Assembly (NCBI RefSeq): GCF_011745625.1
Contig: NW_027191460.1
Span: 434,001 to 498,000, forward strand
Direction of reading: 5' to 3'
Length of the DNA stretch: 64,000 nucleotides
From: Cladosporium halotolerans
Taxonomy: Eukaryota
Shown here: in pieces, positions 10,227 to 22,162 of the stretch
How positions within the stretch are numbered: position 1 is the stretch's first letter
Layout of the letters: the number at the start of each line of letters is the position of its first letter
Program-made: the position numbers and the translations under genes
The notes under the pieces: model-generated
What the model was told of the DNA's origin: nothing
What the model saw: the letters and a program-made list of their open reading frames with translations, nothing else
Databases searched by the model: none

Positions 10227-11453
10227 TTACCGATCATACCCCCAGCTTTGATCATTTGGATTCCTCCCAGAAGCTACGGAGTTCCACAAATTGACGCCGC
10301 CTTGAACGAAGCTGACGGCAGAATCCAGATTCGCGTTGCCTGACTTGGGCATCTGTCGTTCCTGATTTTGTGGCAGATTTTGAGCAGATGCGGAGGTACA
10401 GTGTTCTCCGTCACCTGTGTATCTGTTGAGGACGCATTGGCGAATCAGGTCTTGGTGTTTTACGAACCAGGCCGCTTCGCTGATAGTTGCTGGCCCTGTA
10501 CGACCTGTGAAGTGCCAATTTACAGTGTACACGTTCCACCACTTGGTCATAAAGTACAATATAGGCCAGGTAATGATCCAGAGGAAGCTGAAGTAGAACA
10601 GGAAACGGACCCAAGTTGTGCGCCAGCGGTTGATGATATGAGGAGAATAGATGTCGACTTTCTTACCCTCGACCGGAAATGTAATATCCAAGTGTCCTCG
10701 ATATTGCGTAGATCGCACGAGTGACTGTACTCGGTCTCGTATGACGTCTGTTTCCATGTGGACGAGGCGGTTCACACGAAAGACCTTGAGCTTTGACGGA
10801 GAAGCGCAATACTCTTCGCACCAGTCCTTCAGGGTGTTCGTGGGTAGATCGTGGAGTTGGATTCCCGGCTTGTAGTGCGGAGCTTTAGTTTGGCGCCAAT
10901 GACCTCGATACGCCTTGTCTCCGGCATCCACGACGTTGTCGCTCCACCAGTCTGATGCAAATGGCGGACTCAGGTATGGCTGGAAGCTCATGGTGATATC
11001 AAAATCACACATTTTCTCCTTCTCTTTCTTGTCCTTGCGGTGCACGGTCTCAAAATGGTAGCCGTAAATACGCACAGTCGGACATGGTGGCACCACTCGT
11101 AGGTAATCCATGATGTATTTGTAGAGCTCTTCGGGGTCGGTCAAGCGGCTGTCCATGCGAATAGTGACTTCGCCTTTGCTGTTGAGATTGTTGCGGCCGA
11201 ACCAACCGTTACTCCCGCTCGGATAGGCAAGGACTTCATAAGGTTCGATGAGTTCGATACGACGTCTTCGCTCATCCATGGCCTCTGTGAAGGCTGCGGA
11301 CGAGCTTGCGGCGGCTTCACTGTCGGTGTATGAAGGAAGGGTGTCTGCGGGAGGTTGAGCCTCGGCGTAATCGTAGTCATCTGGCGTGGTGTGCATGGAG
11401 ACCGCGTCAGGGTCGTCCTTGTAGGGTATCTGGGTAGTGGTTGGTTTACCCAT
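10227..11453 (-). CDS. Uncharacterised fungal protein with one hydrophobic segment
   Basis: 408-aa ORF with protein-like composition, an N-terminal LPSY motif and the hydrophobic stretch WVRFLFYFSFLWIITWPILYF. No family assigned. Confidence 0.7.
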   Translation of the reverse strand: MGKPTTTQIPYKDDPDAVSMHTTPDDYDYAEAQPPADTLPSYTDSEAAASSSAAFTEAMDERRRRIELIEPYEVLAYPSGSNGWFGRNNLNSKGEVTIRMDSRLTDPEELYKYIMDYLRVVPPCPTVRIYGYHFETVHRKDKKEKEKMCDFDITMSFQPYLSPPFASDWWSDNVVDAGDKAYRGHWRQTKAPHYKPGIQLHDLPTNTLKDWCEEYCASPSKLKVFRVNRLVHMETDVIRDRVQSLVRSTQYRGHLDITFPVEGKKVDIYSPHIINRWRTTWVRFLFYFSFLWIITWPILYFMTKWWNVYTVNWHFTGRTGPATISEAAWFVKHQDLIRQCVLNRYTGDGEHCTSASAQNLPQNQERQMPKSGNANLDSAVSFVQGGVNLWNSVASGRNPNDQSWGYDR

Positions 11454-12130
11454 CGTGGCAGTTCGTTCGCAAGGCGAGGGAGATGCTGCTGGTTCTTCGT
11501 CAACCTGTCAAGTCAGATTTTCGTGGCGAATCGAGACTACAAAATTGAAGCAGAGAAAGAGGCGCGAAGATATCAATGAGATGCGAATGAGCGTGCTAGA
11601 CCTGATCGGAAGTAGGCAACCGTGTAGATGCGCCTATATATAGCGAAGGATTTAACGGCTAGAGAAGGAGGCTGTGCAAGTCCAGATTGGCCTGGCCGAT
11701 CCCGAATCTGGAATCTCGGAGTACGCAACAAGGGACTTGTATGATGATGTTCGAAGCAGTCGCAATGGGAACAGAGGTTAAATGTGACAGACCCTCTTTC
11801 GCGATGAGGTTTAGGGGGCAACTCAAAGATTGCGCATGCAAAGCTTCGTCTCCACTCGAACAAGCTCGCCAAGATGTTTTCAAGCAAGAGGTAGGCAGGA
11901 CCGTCACGATATTACATCAAAACTGTAGAACAAAATGCATGCAGTTCTAGAAATTTGTCTACCGATACTGCGACATGATCGCAAGACAGAGTAATCATGG
12001 CAAAGTGAATAAAATAGAATTCCACCTGTGATATTCGGTGTCTCAACCGAGACCTTTTGCTTGGACGCTTGCAGGAAAAAACATATGACAATGCTCGCAC
12101 AACAACCTTCGCAGCATTTGCCTGAGCATC

Positions 12131-13021
12131 CTAGCAATTACCCACGGGAAATCGCAGTGGGTATGCGCCATCTCCGGCGACAATCTCATGGCCTGGCTCC
12201 GGGTACTTTAATTCGGCATCTGTCAATGGAGCAAGACACCCGTTACCGGCATTGGCTAATAGCATTGTTGGACGAGAAGAGAATGGCACATAACGTGGCA
12301 AAGATTTAGCATGAGGGTGATTCGCCAGCCGATCATCCTCTTCGCTAAATGTCGAAGTCTCGCGAGAGCAGTTGCTGTCATGTACTGTGTTCGGCACATT
12401 CGAGGTACTGACTGCTGCAGCTTGTGTAGTTGAATATGCCACATTTTCTTCGGTGTACGCTGCGGAGTGGTTCTCATCCTCTATTACCGAACGATTCTCA
12501 GGAGACGTGATATTGACAGCTGCGCAGTTCATGTTGAACTCTTGTTCTCGATTGTACCAAGTCCATGCGAAAATATGCACGTCTGGCACCAGATCGCGCG
12601 GCACAGTGAATGGGAATTCCTGACCATCAGGGCCGTTGCCAGCGTTCCTGTGCGGACAGTCACCCTCGTAACTGGTGGCTACTCGAAATGTGCGACCACG
12701 GTCGTCCGAGAAGCCAACCTGACAGCTGCCTCCATAATGGTTACCAATGCCTGCCATACTCCAGTTCTGCACGGAACCTGCTGCCCAAGTAGCAGTTGAA
12801 AGACCATCTTGGGTGTTGAGTAGGTCGTGGTATCGTCGGCAAGGGAATTGCCAACGAGCAGCGGGGCCGCAGCAATCGAAGGGATACTGCAGGTAAGGAT
12901 CTTCAGGAGTTGTGCGATAAGGGTTGTTGGATGCGTTGAAAGGCGGCGGATACGCAAGTTGCATATGCGCCAGCGTGCTGCCTGTCAGAAATGCGACTAG
13001 GATCTGTAGTAGTTTCGACAT
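12131..13021 (-). CDS. Secreted AA11-like lytic polysaccharide monooxygenase
   Basis: Signal peptide MSKLLQILVAFLTGSTLA is followed by His1 (HMQLAYPPP). Second His in HYGGSCQ; FAWTWYN...MNCA; Ser/Thr linker and a C-terminal motif ending YPEPG. Confidence 0.8.
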   Translation of the reverse strand: MSKLLQILVAFLTGSTLAHMQLAYPPPFNASNNPYRTTPEDPYLQYPFDCCGPAARWQFPCRRYHDLLNTQDGLSTATWAAGSVQNWSMAGIGNHYGGSCQVGFSDDRGRTFRVATSYEGDCPHRNAGNGPDGQEFPFTVPRDLVPDVHIFAWTWYNREQEFNMNCAAVNITSPENRSVIEDENHSAAYTEENVAYSTTQAAAVSTSNVPNTVHDSNCSRETSTFSEEDDRLANHPHAKSLPRYVPFSSRPTMLLANAGNGCLAPLTDAELKYPEPGHEIVAGDGAYPLRFPVGNC

Positions 13022-13888
13022 CGTTTTGCTGAACAGGTAAAATTGCTGAAGGCTAAGGGTGTGCCAAACACAGTTTGGTGTTGTCGAAAAGAGATGTAGG
13101 CTAATAAAGCGCGTAGATTTACCTTGAGGCATATCGGGTGTTTGGTGAAGTGAATGGCGATAGTCACCATTCACCATCGCTGCTATCGTTTCCCATCTAC
13201 GGCATACCCACCACAACAATGAGCGAATGCGCGAATCGTTTGGTGCAGCTGCCCCAGCATATCAGCAATGACAGGTTCCACAGGGGGTGTTTCAAAATGC
13301 GGCGGGCATGAGGATAAGCATAGCCAATAGCTCCTGTTGGGTGTCTGGGGCCTGTTGCAACCAAGATATGTACAATAATCACGTCCTCTCGACCAACAAG
13401 TGATAGGCGGTTCAAGTGAAGTGGCCCTCATTGCATACGGCTTTCCGAAGGAAGGCTGGGGCATTGACTGGAATCGAAGCAGTGTCACAAGTTTTATTGA
13501 GACAGGCCACAGGCGGGCTACCGAGCAGCGAGCAGGCGAATGACACCGAAAGCGTGTCGCGCGATGAGCCGGAGATCTTTAAACATGGTGCCCGCGCGGC
13601 CCGCAATCAGGATCAATATTGCCAAGTAAAGGATGAACGCGTCGAGTCGCGAAAAGAGTTGAGCTCTATTTATCCTCGGGGGAACGGCAAGCCGGACTTT
13701 GGACCTTCGCCTCGCGCGAACACACAGACCTCACTCCGCTTTCACGCCCGCACGTCATCTCCGCCCACCAACACTACTGCCTGCATGCTTGACCACTAAA
13801 CATGCCTGACATTGCTTGACCTGTTTCTGCTCGAGTTATGCGGGTTATTGCTTGATCAATTCTCGAACTCCTATCTTTCTAGCGTACC

Positions 13889-15616
13889 ATGAACCACACG
13901 GGCAGGCCGTTCAGCGTCGCCAAAGCTTTGCGAGTACTTTTCGACGAACCCCTCACCAAAGGCAGCCAATCCATAGCGCAGCGACGAGCTTTCCACGATT
14001 ACTTTGTCACGCACCTGCCTTCGACCTCCCTATCGCCGGATCGCGAACGACCTACTCAGCATCACCACTACCCTCGCGATGAATCGAAGCCGCACTCCGG
14101 GTCCAACGCGCGAGCCGCTGGGCTGATGCCTACACCTACAAACAGAGACACTACAGTCGTTCGCATACCAATAAAATCTGCGAAGCACCACTTCGGCGCT
14201 GGAGTGAGCCGCGGGAGTAGGCCCTACAATGAGGATACCTATCAGGCCGGCACCATTGAGATCCCCGCGTTTGCGCAGCGACAACCAATCAGTCTTACGA
14301 GGAAGCGTGGGAGCGGAAGGGAGCCTGTTTTTGAGAACCAGGCTGCGAAGAGTGAAAGTGGGGACCCGCAAGTCTTCTACTTCGGTGTGTTTGACGGCCA
14401 TGGAGGCTCAGAGTGCAGCGAGTTTCTACGGGACAGACTCCACGGATACTTGGAAGAGAGCGCTGTGCTTTTTGGCATGGAGAGCTCGCTAAGACCACGA
14501 AACAGTGACCTAGAAGATGAGGCCGGCGACTACAGCTCCGAGGGTGGTATTATGGGAGCACAAGATGCCGAGGACCTGCAGAAGAGTCTTGTGAGTGACT
14601 GGAAGGAGACTGTCGGGGGGTATTTTAAGCGTTTCAGGCCCGAATGGTTTCCAGCAGTCGCTCCACCGACCTCTTCGGCAGGCTCATCGACCACACCCCA
14701 ATCTACGAATCACTCGTCCATCGAGACGGTCTTGAGCTTCGGATTTTTGAAAGCCGATCTGGACTTTACCAAAGCGCAGGCAGCGAAACGCTCAGAACCT
14801 CCTCCCTCAGGACCACCGCCCTCTTCGGTCGACGACCCCGTCTTGAACGACAAACCTCTGAATGAGAACGACGTCCTGTCCAATCCTGACAGACCTGCCT
14901 CTCAAAATCTGAGTAGCCGACCTGTCGCTCGCGGTTCCAGCCCGGATCTTGACAAGCCTATCGGCAGTGGAAAGCGTTTCAAAGGTGGCTCGACCGCTTC
15001 AATCGCGATGTTCAGCACACCAACTTCTACTCCATTCTGGACACCTGCATCTCCAAGCACGCTCATTGTCGCTCACGTCGGCGATACCCGCGTCTTGCTC
15101 TGCCGCACAGACGACGGAAAATCAGTTCCCTTGACCACGAACCATCACCCATCGACACCAGTTGAGGCCACGCGCTTGCGCCGCTACGCTGCTACCTTTG
15201 TAACAGACTCATTTGGCGAGGAACGCATACTTGGACTCGCAAACACGCGTTCCTTCGGCGACATCGCCTCCAAGCGCATCGGCGTCAGCGCGGAGCCTCA
15301 AATTACGACCACGCAGATCTCCCCTGGCGAGCACTCATTCCTGGTACTTATGTCTGACGGCGTCTGCGGACACTTATCCGACCAGGAAATCGTGGATGTC
15401 GTGAAAGAGGCCAAGACGCCAGCCCAGGCTGCTCAGGACTTGGTTGCCTTCGCCACCGAGGTCAATCCAGATGATGCCGACAACGCGACAGCGCTCGTGG
15501 TCCGGCTGGGTGGTTGGGAAAGGCGAGGTGAGGGAGGAGGTGGTAGCATGGGAACGAAAGAGCAGAGGCAGTATCGAAGGGACGAGGCTGCCGATCCTAG
15601 GGCGAGGAGACGGTAA
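13889..15616 (+). CDS. Mitochondrial-type protein phosphatase 2C (Ptc6-like)
   Basis: Motifs RPYNED, FGVFDGHGG, GGSTA, AHVGDTR, LANTRSFGD, LMSDG and DNATA. N-terminus is basic and presequence-like. Confidence 0.88.
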   Translation: MNHTGRPFSVAKALRVLFDEPLTKGSQSIAQRRAFHDYFVTHLPSTSLSPDRERPTQHHHYPRDESKPHSGSNARAAGLMPTPTNRDTTVVRIPIKSAKHHFGAGVSRGSRPYNEDTYQAGTIEIPAFAQRQPISLTRKRGSGREPVFENQAAKSESGDPQVFYFGVFDGHGGSECSEFLRDRLHGYLEESAVLFGMESSLRPRNSDLEDEAGDYSSEGGIMGAQDAEDLQKSLVSDWKETVGGYFKRFRPEWFPAVAPPTSSAGSSTTPQSTNHSSIETVLSFGFLKADLDFTKAQAAKRSEPPPSGPPPSSVDDPVLNDKPLNENDVLSNPDRPASQNLSSRPVARGSSPDLDKPIGSGKRFKGGSTASIAMFSTPTSTPFWTPASPSTLIVAHVGDTRVLLCRTDDGKSVPLTTNHHPSTPVEATRLRRYAATFVTDSFGEERILGLANTRSFGDIASKRIGVSAEPQITTTQISPGEHSFLVLMSDGVCGHLSDQEIVDVVKEAKTPAQAAQDLVAFATEVNPDDADNATALVVRLGGWERRGEGGGGSMGTKEQRQYRRDEAADPRARRR

Positions 15617-16013
15617 TCGTAGGAGTACCCTGAGATGATGTAAAGCTCGCGATAACGTCGCTGTGACCTTACACCCACAATGCGCACCGCATATACCACT
15701 ACAAGTTTTCTATATCATCGTGATTGTCAATAGGTAGCCTGGTGATCACCACGCCCCTCATTGGCCCGCATCGCGCAAAGTGAAGTCGCGCTCTAAACGC
15801 GGGCGGACCGCGCTAGCGGAAGCACCTTGCTCGTTGCTGCTGCAACGTTCGCGTGGTTCGGACCAAAACACGGCTAGCAGCCGAAGGATTTCTAGAGTGC
15901 GCGGGCGTCAACATCCACACGTCACACACACACGACACGATAATCCACCGTACAGCGATGCTGGTAGCGCAATAACACCAACATTCTGGACCGCACAGTA
16001 TTGGAAAAGCACC

Positions 16014-18105
16014 ATGGAGACGCCCAGCACTTTTCAATTCCCCGCTCGCCAGAGCTCGCCGCTGCACCCTCTGTCGCCCGAGCGCGTAAACGGCCGACCG
16101 GCCTCGACGAACACAACTAAGAGTCGCAAATCGGCAGAGACGGAGTCGGAAGATGTAGAAGGACCGCACTCTTCGCCTACACGGAAAGCGAACCTCTTCG
16201 CCGACTACCACCCGATCACAACATCGCCCTCACGAACGAAAGAGGTCTTCGGAGGCGTGCCGAATTCGCCGTCTCTTCCGGAATTCACCTCGCTCCGCTC
16301 TCACGGACGGACTAACAGCGATGTTCAAGGACTGGTGAAGCGGTTCGAGCACCTTGATGTTCGAGACCGCGATGCCGAGAGCGAGGCACGGCGCAAGAAG
16401 CAGGAGATGGAGCTCCGACGAGCGCAGCTGGGCAGAGAAGAGGCGGAGAGCGAGCTGAAGAAATGGAGAGAAGAATGTAGAAGGATCGCGGAGGATCTCA
16501 AAGAGAGCCGGCATCGGGAGAGTAAGGTCTCCAACCGCCTCGAGAAGGTCATGGTATGTGGCAGGCTTCAACGAAATTTTTTGGGCTCTTGGAACTAATA
16601 AATCGTAGGATGATTACCGTCAAGCCAAAGGAGAGTACAGCAGCAACGCAGAGGCATATGTGAAAGAGGTGCGCAAGGCACGGAAGGAAGCGTTCAAGTC
16701 CTCCTCCGCCGTACTGAAGCTACAGGAAACATTGAGGGACACGCAGAAGCGGTTGCAGGTCAGTAAGATTGATCATGCGACCGACGTACAAAAGGCGGAT
16801 CGTTTCGAGCAGGAGGCCACGGACAGCAAATGTGCTCTTATCGCTCTGCAGCAAGACCTCGGCAAGCTGCAGGAGCAATTCAAGGTTCTCGAGCAGGAGA
16901 AGGAGGCTCTGAAGGTTAATCTGAAGGAGGAAGAGGTGGCTAGGATTGCGGCGGAGGGGCAGATCGCCCTTCCTCCCGCACAAGGAGAGGATGATACCCT
17001 GTTCGAATCGCCGCAGAAGTCCTTGTCGCCGAAGAAGTCGCAACGATCGCCGCTGTCAGACGACAAAGAAAATTCTGGTGTGGTGACAAAGAAAATGGTC
17101 GAGTCACGACGACTTCAAGAGGAGGTGGACTACGAGCGTCGGAAGAGAGAAGCTGCCGAAGACATGGTCGAGTTCCTGCGCATGGAGTGCGCTTTCAAGT
17201 GCTGCGACTGCGCTACCGCAGCCAAGCACGGTCGTGCTTTGAAGGTTGCAATGGACGATGTTGTTGCTTCTTCCATCCAGAGGATGAAGACGGACATTGC
17301 TACTATCCTTACCCCGCCTACAAGCGAATATGGAGAAGACAAGATGGATGTTGAGCATGAACCGAGTGCCGCGGTCGAACAGCCTGCAGAAGCCGCTCCG
17401 GTCCAAGAGCAGATCCAGCGGGAGTTGGAAGACGTCGTGATCGATCACGACAATAACAAGGATGAAGTCGAGGAGGACGACAGCGTGACTTTAGCTGCTG
17501 AAGATACCCCTACAAATGCGGACGAAGAGGGTTCTCAAGCACCAGCACCTATTGACGCGCCGGCAGAGCACGAGGAGGAGCAGACGCTAGCCCAGCGGGA
17601 CACTGAGCCCGACGATCAAGGAGACGCAATGGACGAGGATCACAAGGCCGAAGAAACCCACAAAGCTGTTACTGTTCCTCTAAAAGACTCGCCACCTTCG
17701 ACACCGCCGCGAGCAAATGCCTCACACGAGAATGACCAATGTCCGCATTCAGTCCGGACAATCACAACCACAACTCGCATTCCCATGCACTTCACACCGG
17801 TCTCCAAACCTCCCACGGTTCCTTTCTCCGAGGATGAGATCACCCGCCCCAAGACCAGCGACGGAGCCATAGACGACAGCCTGCCCTTCGATCGGGAAGC
17901 TGCGCTCGCGGCCATCGCCTACCGCCGCGGCCGAGCTAGGAGCATGGCTAACGGCACTCTGACACCGCGCAAGCAGATGGTCGAAGGCATCAACGCTAGG
18001 CACAGGCGGGACATCTCTGCCCCGGTGATTGGCGCGAAGACGAAAAGCTACGCTCAGGAGACTGGCTCCGTGGGCAGGTCAGCAGGCAAGGTGTTGAGGG
18101 CCTGA
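16014..18105 (+). CDS. Coiled-coil protein of unknown function (exons 16014-16553, 16609-18105)
   Basis: Intron 16554-16608 (GTATGT...CTAAT...TAG) joins two long ORFs in frame. Long heptad-rich region, a CxxxCCxC cluster and an acidic tail. Confidence 0.75.
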
Positions 18106-18695
18106 AGATTCAAGCATTTTGCATTCTTTTGAGATACTTTTCTTGGGTGTGGATTACTTTTATTAGCGGCATGGCGTTTTCGTGTGCTTTTTGGGATATA
18201 CCAGGAGCGGAACGCTTTGGCGTTAGGGATTGTATTCACTTCAAATACAATTAATTCCATACTTCTATCAACCTGACTCCATCTCAACACTCACCGTTTG
18301 ATTGCCGAATGAGACTTTCGTGAAGTCGAATGTCGCGTGAACTAGACGCGAAACGGGGATTCGCCAATCGCACACGCCTCATGGGTGTCACATGCCCTCG
18401 GAAGATAACAACGTGCAGTGGTGACAGAACTTAGCAGCAGAAACACATAGTAAGTGCATCGATATATTGGAAGGATAAGAGTAATGCATATGTACTGTAC
18501 AACCTGACCAGCCAACAAAGTCCATCCATCGGCCCCGCCAGAGCTCCGAAAGCGCGACTGGTGGGGCTAGATCTCACTCGTTCAACGACGACCTATATCT
18601 GCTTCTCGATACGTGTCTTTGCAAGTTGGCCGTCCTGTGCAAATAAATAAGAATCTCAGCCATCAAACAGTGACAAGAAAGATATCATCGACAAA

Positions 18696-19290
18696 ATGAC
18701 TTCCGCCGGAATCGGTTTCGATGGCTTCATCAAGATCCCCGACCGCCCTCTCAACTTCGTCCCCGCCAAAGCAGGCGAGGTCATCCACCTAGGCCAGATC
18801 ACATGTCGTATCCTGGAAGACGGCTCTCGCACTGGTAAAGATGTTTATCCTAGAAGTTCCATGGCACCCCATTGCTCACATCCCACCAGACAACCGCCTC
18901 GGCACCGTGGAACTGACCCTCCCGCCCAAAACGCCCGGCCCGCCACCTCACTGGCACGAAATGCACGACGAGACCTTCTACATCACGCAGGGGACCATCC
19001 GCTTCCACGTCCCCGACCCGTCGCAGCCCGGCAAAGACAAGGAGGTCATCGACGCGCACGCAGGCGACTACATGACGGTGCCGATCCGGTCGCCGCACAC
19101 GTTCAGCAACCCGACGGACAGCGAGGCGAAGCTGTTCTTCACGTCGACGCCGGCGTTCTACATCAACTATTTCAAGCTGCTGAGCCAGATGGGCGACGCG
19201 GGCAAGCCGATGCCGGCAGAGGCGAATATGCAGGCTATGGCGCTGTACGCTACGACGCTCGTTGATAAGCAGCCGAGGAAGAATGAGTGA
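18696..19290 (+). CDS. Cupin-domain protein (exons 18696-18834, 18890-19290)
   Basis: Intron 18835-18889 restores EDGSRTDNRLG. Cupin metal motifs PPPHWHEMHDETFYI and PHTFSNP. Confidence 0.85.
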
Positions 19291-20025
19291 GGGTTGTGGG
19301 GTCTGTAGTGGCTTCTGATGATGAAATGACAGACTTGCAGTTTACGGTTTGACGATGTGAAGGTTTCAATGTTCTGATTCAAGGACGTACCTCTTAAAGC
19401 GAGGTCACGACAACGGCCAGGAAGAAAACGCATGGCTTGTAGTGTTGACTTCACGTTTACGGTTGCGTAAAGTAATCCGGACGACTTTGACAAGTGTTGC
19501 AAGGAGGTCCAGAAGTGCTACTCAAGCGCCTGAATGATACGTCGGGGAATGATTGTAGTTCTGAGACATTAGATTCGCTGTTGATCCAAGGACAAGGACG
19601 GCGGTGATCCAGACAGCAATATTTGCTGCCGACGAAGGCTCACCTGATGAGTGACCGACGTCTCATGTAATGTAGGCAAGTCGATTGCAACAGTTTGATG
19701 CCGACGCTTTCCTACCTTTGTCGAGGGATGGGTGTCGTGTCTTCGGTGGCCCGTTGGCGACATCGGTCGGGTGAAGTCCGTAGTTCGTCTTGTCAAGTGT
19801 CGGTCCAAGTCCAGGAATGAAAACGCAACATCCGCACATGATAATACCAATTCATGGAACAAAAAAGGGCTTTTGTCAAATTTCGCATTGTCTCAAGCGA
19901 CGTGTGTCAAAGCTCCGCAGTAGGCAACCCGCAGTAACTCCATGCCAAAACCCTGAGCAAGCCGTACAAAGACGCAGAGCCCAGAGCCAACACGCCTGTC
20001 TCGCCATGAACCATCTCGCATACCA

Positions 20026-20688
20026 TCAACCCTTCTTCTTGCTGACACCAACGGTCCTGCCCCTCCTGCCGGTGGTCTTGCTGTGCTGGCCACGGACGCG
20101 GAGGCCCCAGTAGTGACGGAGACCACGGTGGGCACGGATCTTCTTCAGGCGCTCGAGGTCCTCACGGAGCTTGGAGTCGACACCGTTGGCGAGGACCTGG
20201 TAGTCCTTGCCGTCGACAATGTCGCGCTGCCTGTTGAGGAACCAGGCGGGGATCTTGTACTGGGTCGGGTTCTGGATGATGGTGACAATGCGCTCAAGCT
20301 CTTCGGAGGTAAGCTCGCCGGCGCTGCAGGTGAACATTAGTATTCGTGCGATGGCGTGTGGTGTTTTCTGGAGATGCCGTACCGCTTGTTGAGGTCAACA
20401 TCGGCCTTCTTGCAGACCAGGTTGGAGTAGCGGCGACCGACACCCTTGATCTGGGTCAGGGCGAACATGACCTTCTGCTTGCCATCAACCTGTGGTGTAT
20501 GCGTTAGCATACTGTCCCTTGCCCTTGCTGTCCGTCTTTCCGTCCGTGTCCCATAGCCTCATTCTCCATCGCATCCCGAATTCCATTTCCTCTCGCGCAA
20601 TCCGGTCCGGCAGGGTGAAACGTACGTTGGTGTTGAGGAGACGCAGGATGAACTGGAAGTTCGACTTCTCACCGGAGACGAGCGACAT
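20026..20688 (-). CDS. RPS18: 40S ribosomal protein S18 (uS13); exons 20688-20626, 20489-20383, 20323-20026
   Basis: Spliced protein reads [44 protein letters not shown]...[18 protein letters not shown]. Both introns are canonical GT-AG. Confidence 0.97.
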
Positions 20689-21562
20689 CTTTGCGGTGGT
20701 GGCGGTGCCGTAGTCGTTTGTCGAAGGGTCGCTGGTGCAGTCCGCTTGGCCTCTGAAGTTGCGAAGCTCGAAAGGCGTCGTGCTCGGATTTTGCAGCGCC
20801 TTGGCGTGTGTGCGGGCGCCAGCCGCAGGACGGCTACACCCGAGCTTCCGCCTGGCATCCGAAAGTCTAAAGTCGCCCGCGTCGCGTGCTCTTGAAACTA
20901 TTACCGCGCGTTTGTGCCTTTCCTATTTCCCACAATACTGGTTCCAGCAATAGAGTGAATGGGAAGTGCGCGAGTCAATTCAGTAACGAAATGCGTGATT
21001 CGGCTCCATATGCACCGTCAGTATAACTTGAAGAACGGCCTGCGAAAGACCGTGTCCTTTCAGACCTCACTTGATTGATGAAGCCGAATCGATGAGCGAC
21101 AGGTTCTTCAATCAAAATAGTCGCATGCCCCTCCCTGCAGACAGGCTTTGCTCTTTGGTAACTACAAGTTCAAGGTCAATCCCTATTACCGGTTGATGAT
21201 GCGCTGTGGCCGAGGCCTTGCCCGCTGCGGAGAGCTGATCGAGCTCCACGCGCCCTACCACATCACAGGTAGAAGTATTGCACCCTAACTCTGTAATGAT
21301 GTACATGCCGATTAGAAATCAACGAAGATCGACGGTGGCTGCACAGAGCTTCAAACATATTGTTGTCACTTGCCGCCTACTCAGACACGGCCAACGCCTA
21401 CCGCCGTCCTCGGAATCAAAAAGCATCTCCAACGACCCCATCAATCAACTCCGGCCAACCAACCGAACATCCACCACGCCCAAACCACCGATCGCAAACC
21501 CCACCCTAACCATCACCACAACTCCCAGGCCTTAACACTATCCTTCTCCTAAATCAGAAAGG

Positions 21563-22090
21563 ATGTCCAACCCCAAAACCCACTTCCGCGGCTCCTGCGC
21601 CTGCGCCCGCCTAACCTACACCAGCGCCTCCCCGCCCAGCGCAACAACAACCTGCTTCTGCACCACCTGCCGCAAACTCTCCGGCTCCAGCAGCCAAACC
21701 TTCACGCACATCCCCGCTTCCGCTCTGACGCTCTACGACAACGCGCAAGCGCTGCGCTACGAAGGGCTGCCGCGGGACTCGGTTGGCGCGGTGAGGATCT
21801 TGCGCCTGAGTGAGTTCGCGGAGCGCGCAGTGTGCGTGGATTGCGGGGCGGGGGTGGCGATGCGGTATCGGGCGCGGGAGGGGGAGGTGGGGGTTTTGGT
21901 TGGGAGTGTCGATGGGGAGGTGGAGGGGTTGAGGGCGGAGAAGGCGATTTTCGTGGGGAGTAAGCCTGGTTGGGTTGAGATGGGGGATTTTGGGGGGAGG
22001 TGTCATGAGCGGTTTCCGGATGGGGTGGAGGAGGTTATTATGGGGTGGCGGGGAGGTGATGGGGGAGAGGAGGTGGAGAAGGCTGGTTGA
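21563..22090 (+). CDS. GFA/CENP-V (Mss4-like) zinc-binding protein
   Basis: Cysteine pattern GSCAC, CFCTTCRK and CVDCG, plus IFVGSKPGW. Confidence 0.82.
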   Translation: MSNPKTHFRGSCACARLTYTSASPPSATTTCFCTTCRKLSGSSSQTFTHIPASALTLYDNAQALRYEGLPRDSVGAVRILRLSEFAERAVCVDCGAGVAMRYRAREGEVGVLVGSVDGEVEGLRAEKAIFVGSKPGWVEMGDFGGRCHERFPDGVEEVIMGWRGGDGGEEVEKAG

Positions 22091-22162
22091 GATGTGTGGG
22101 AGGCACACCGTTCCTGAGGAATTTGGACTTTCACGTACGTTTCTTTATTTATTTATGTACAG

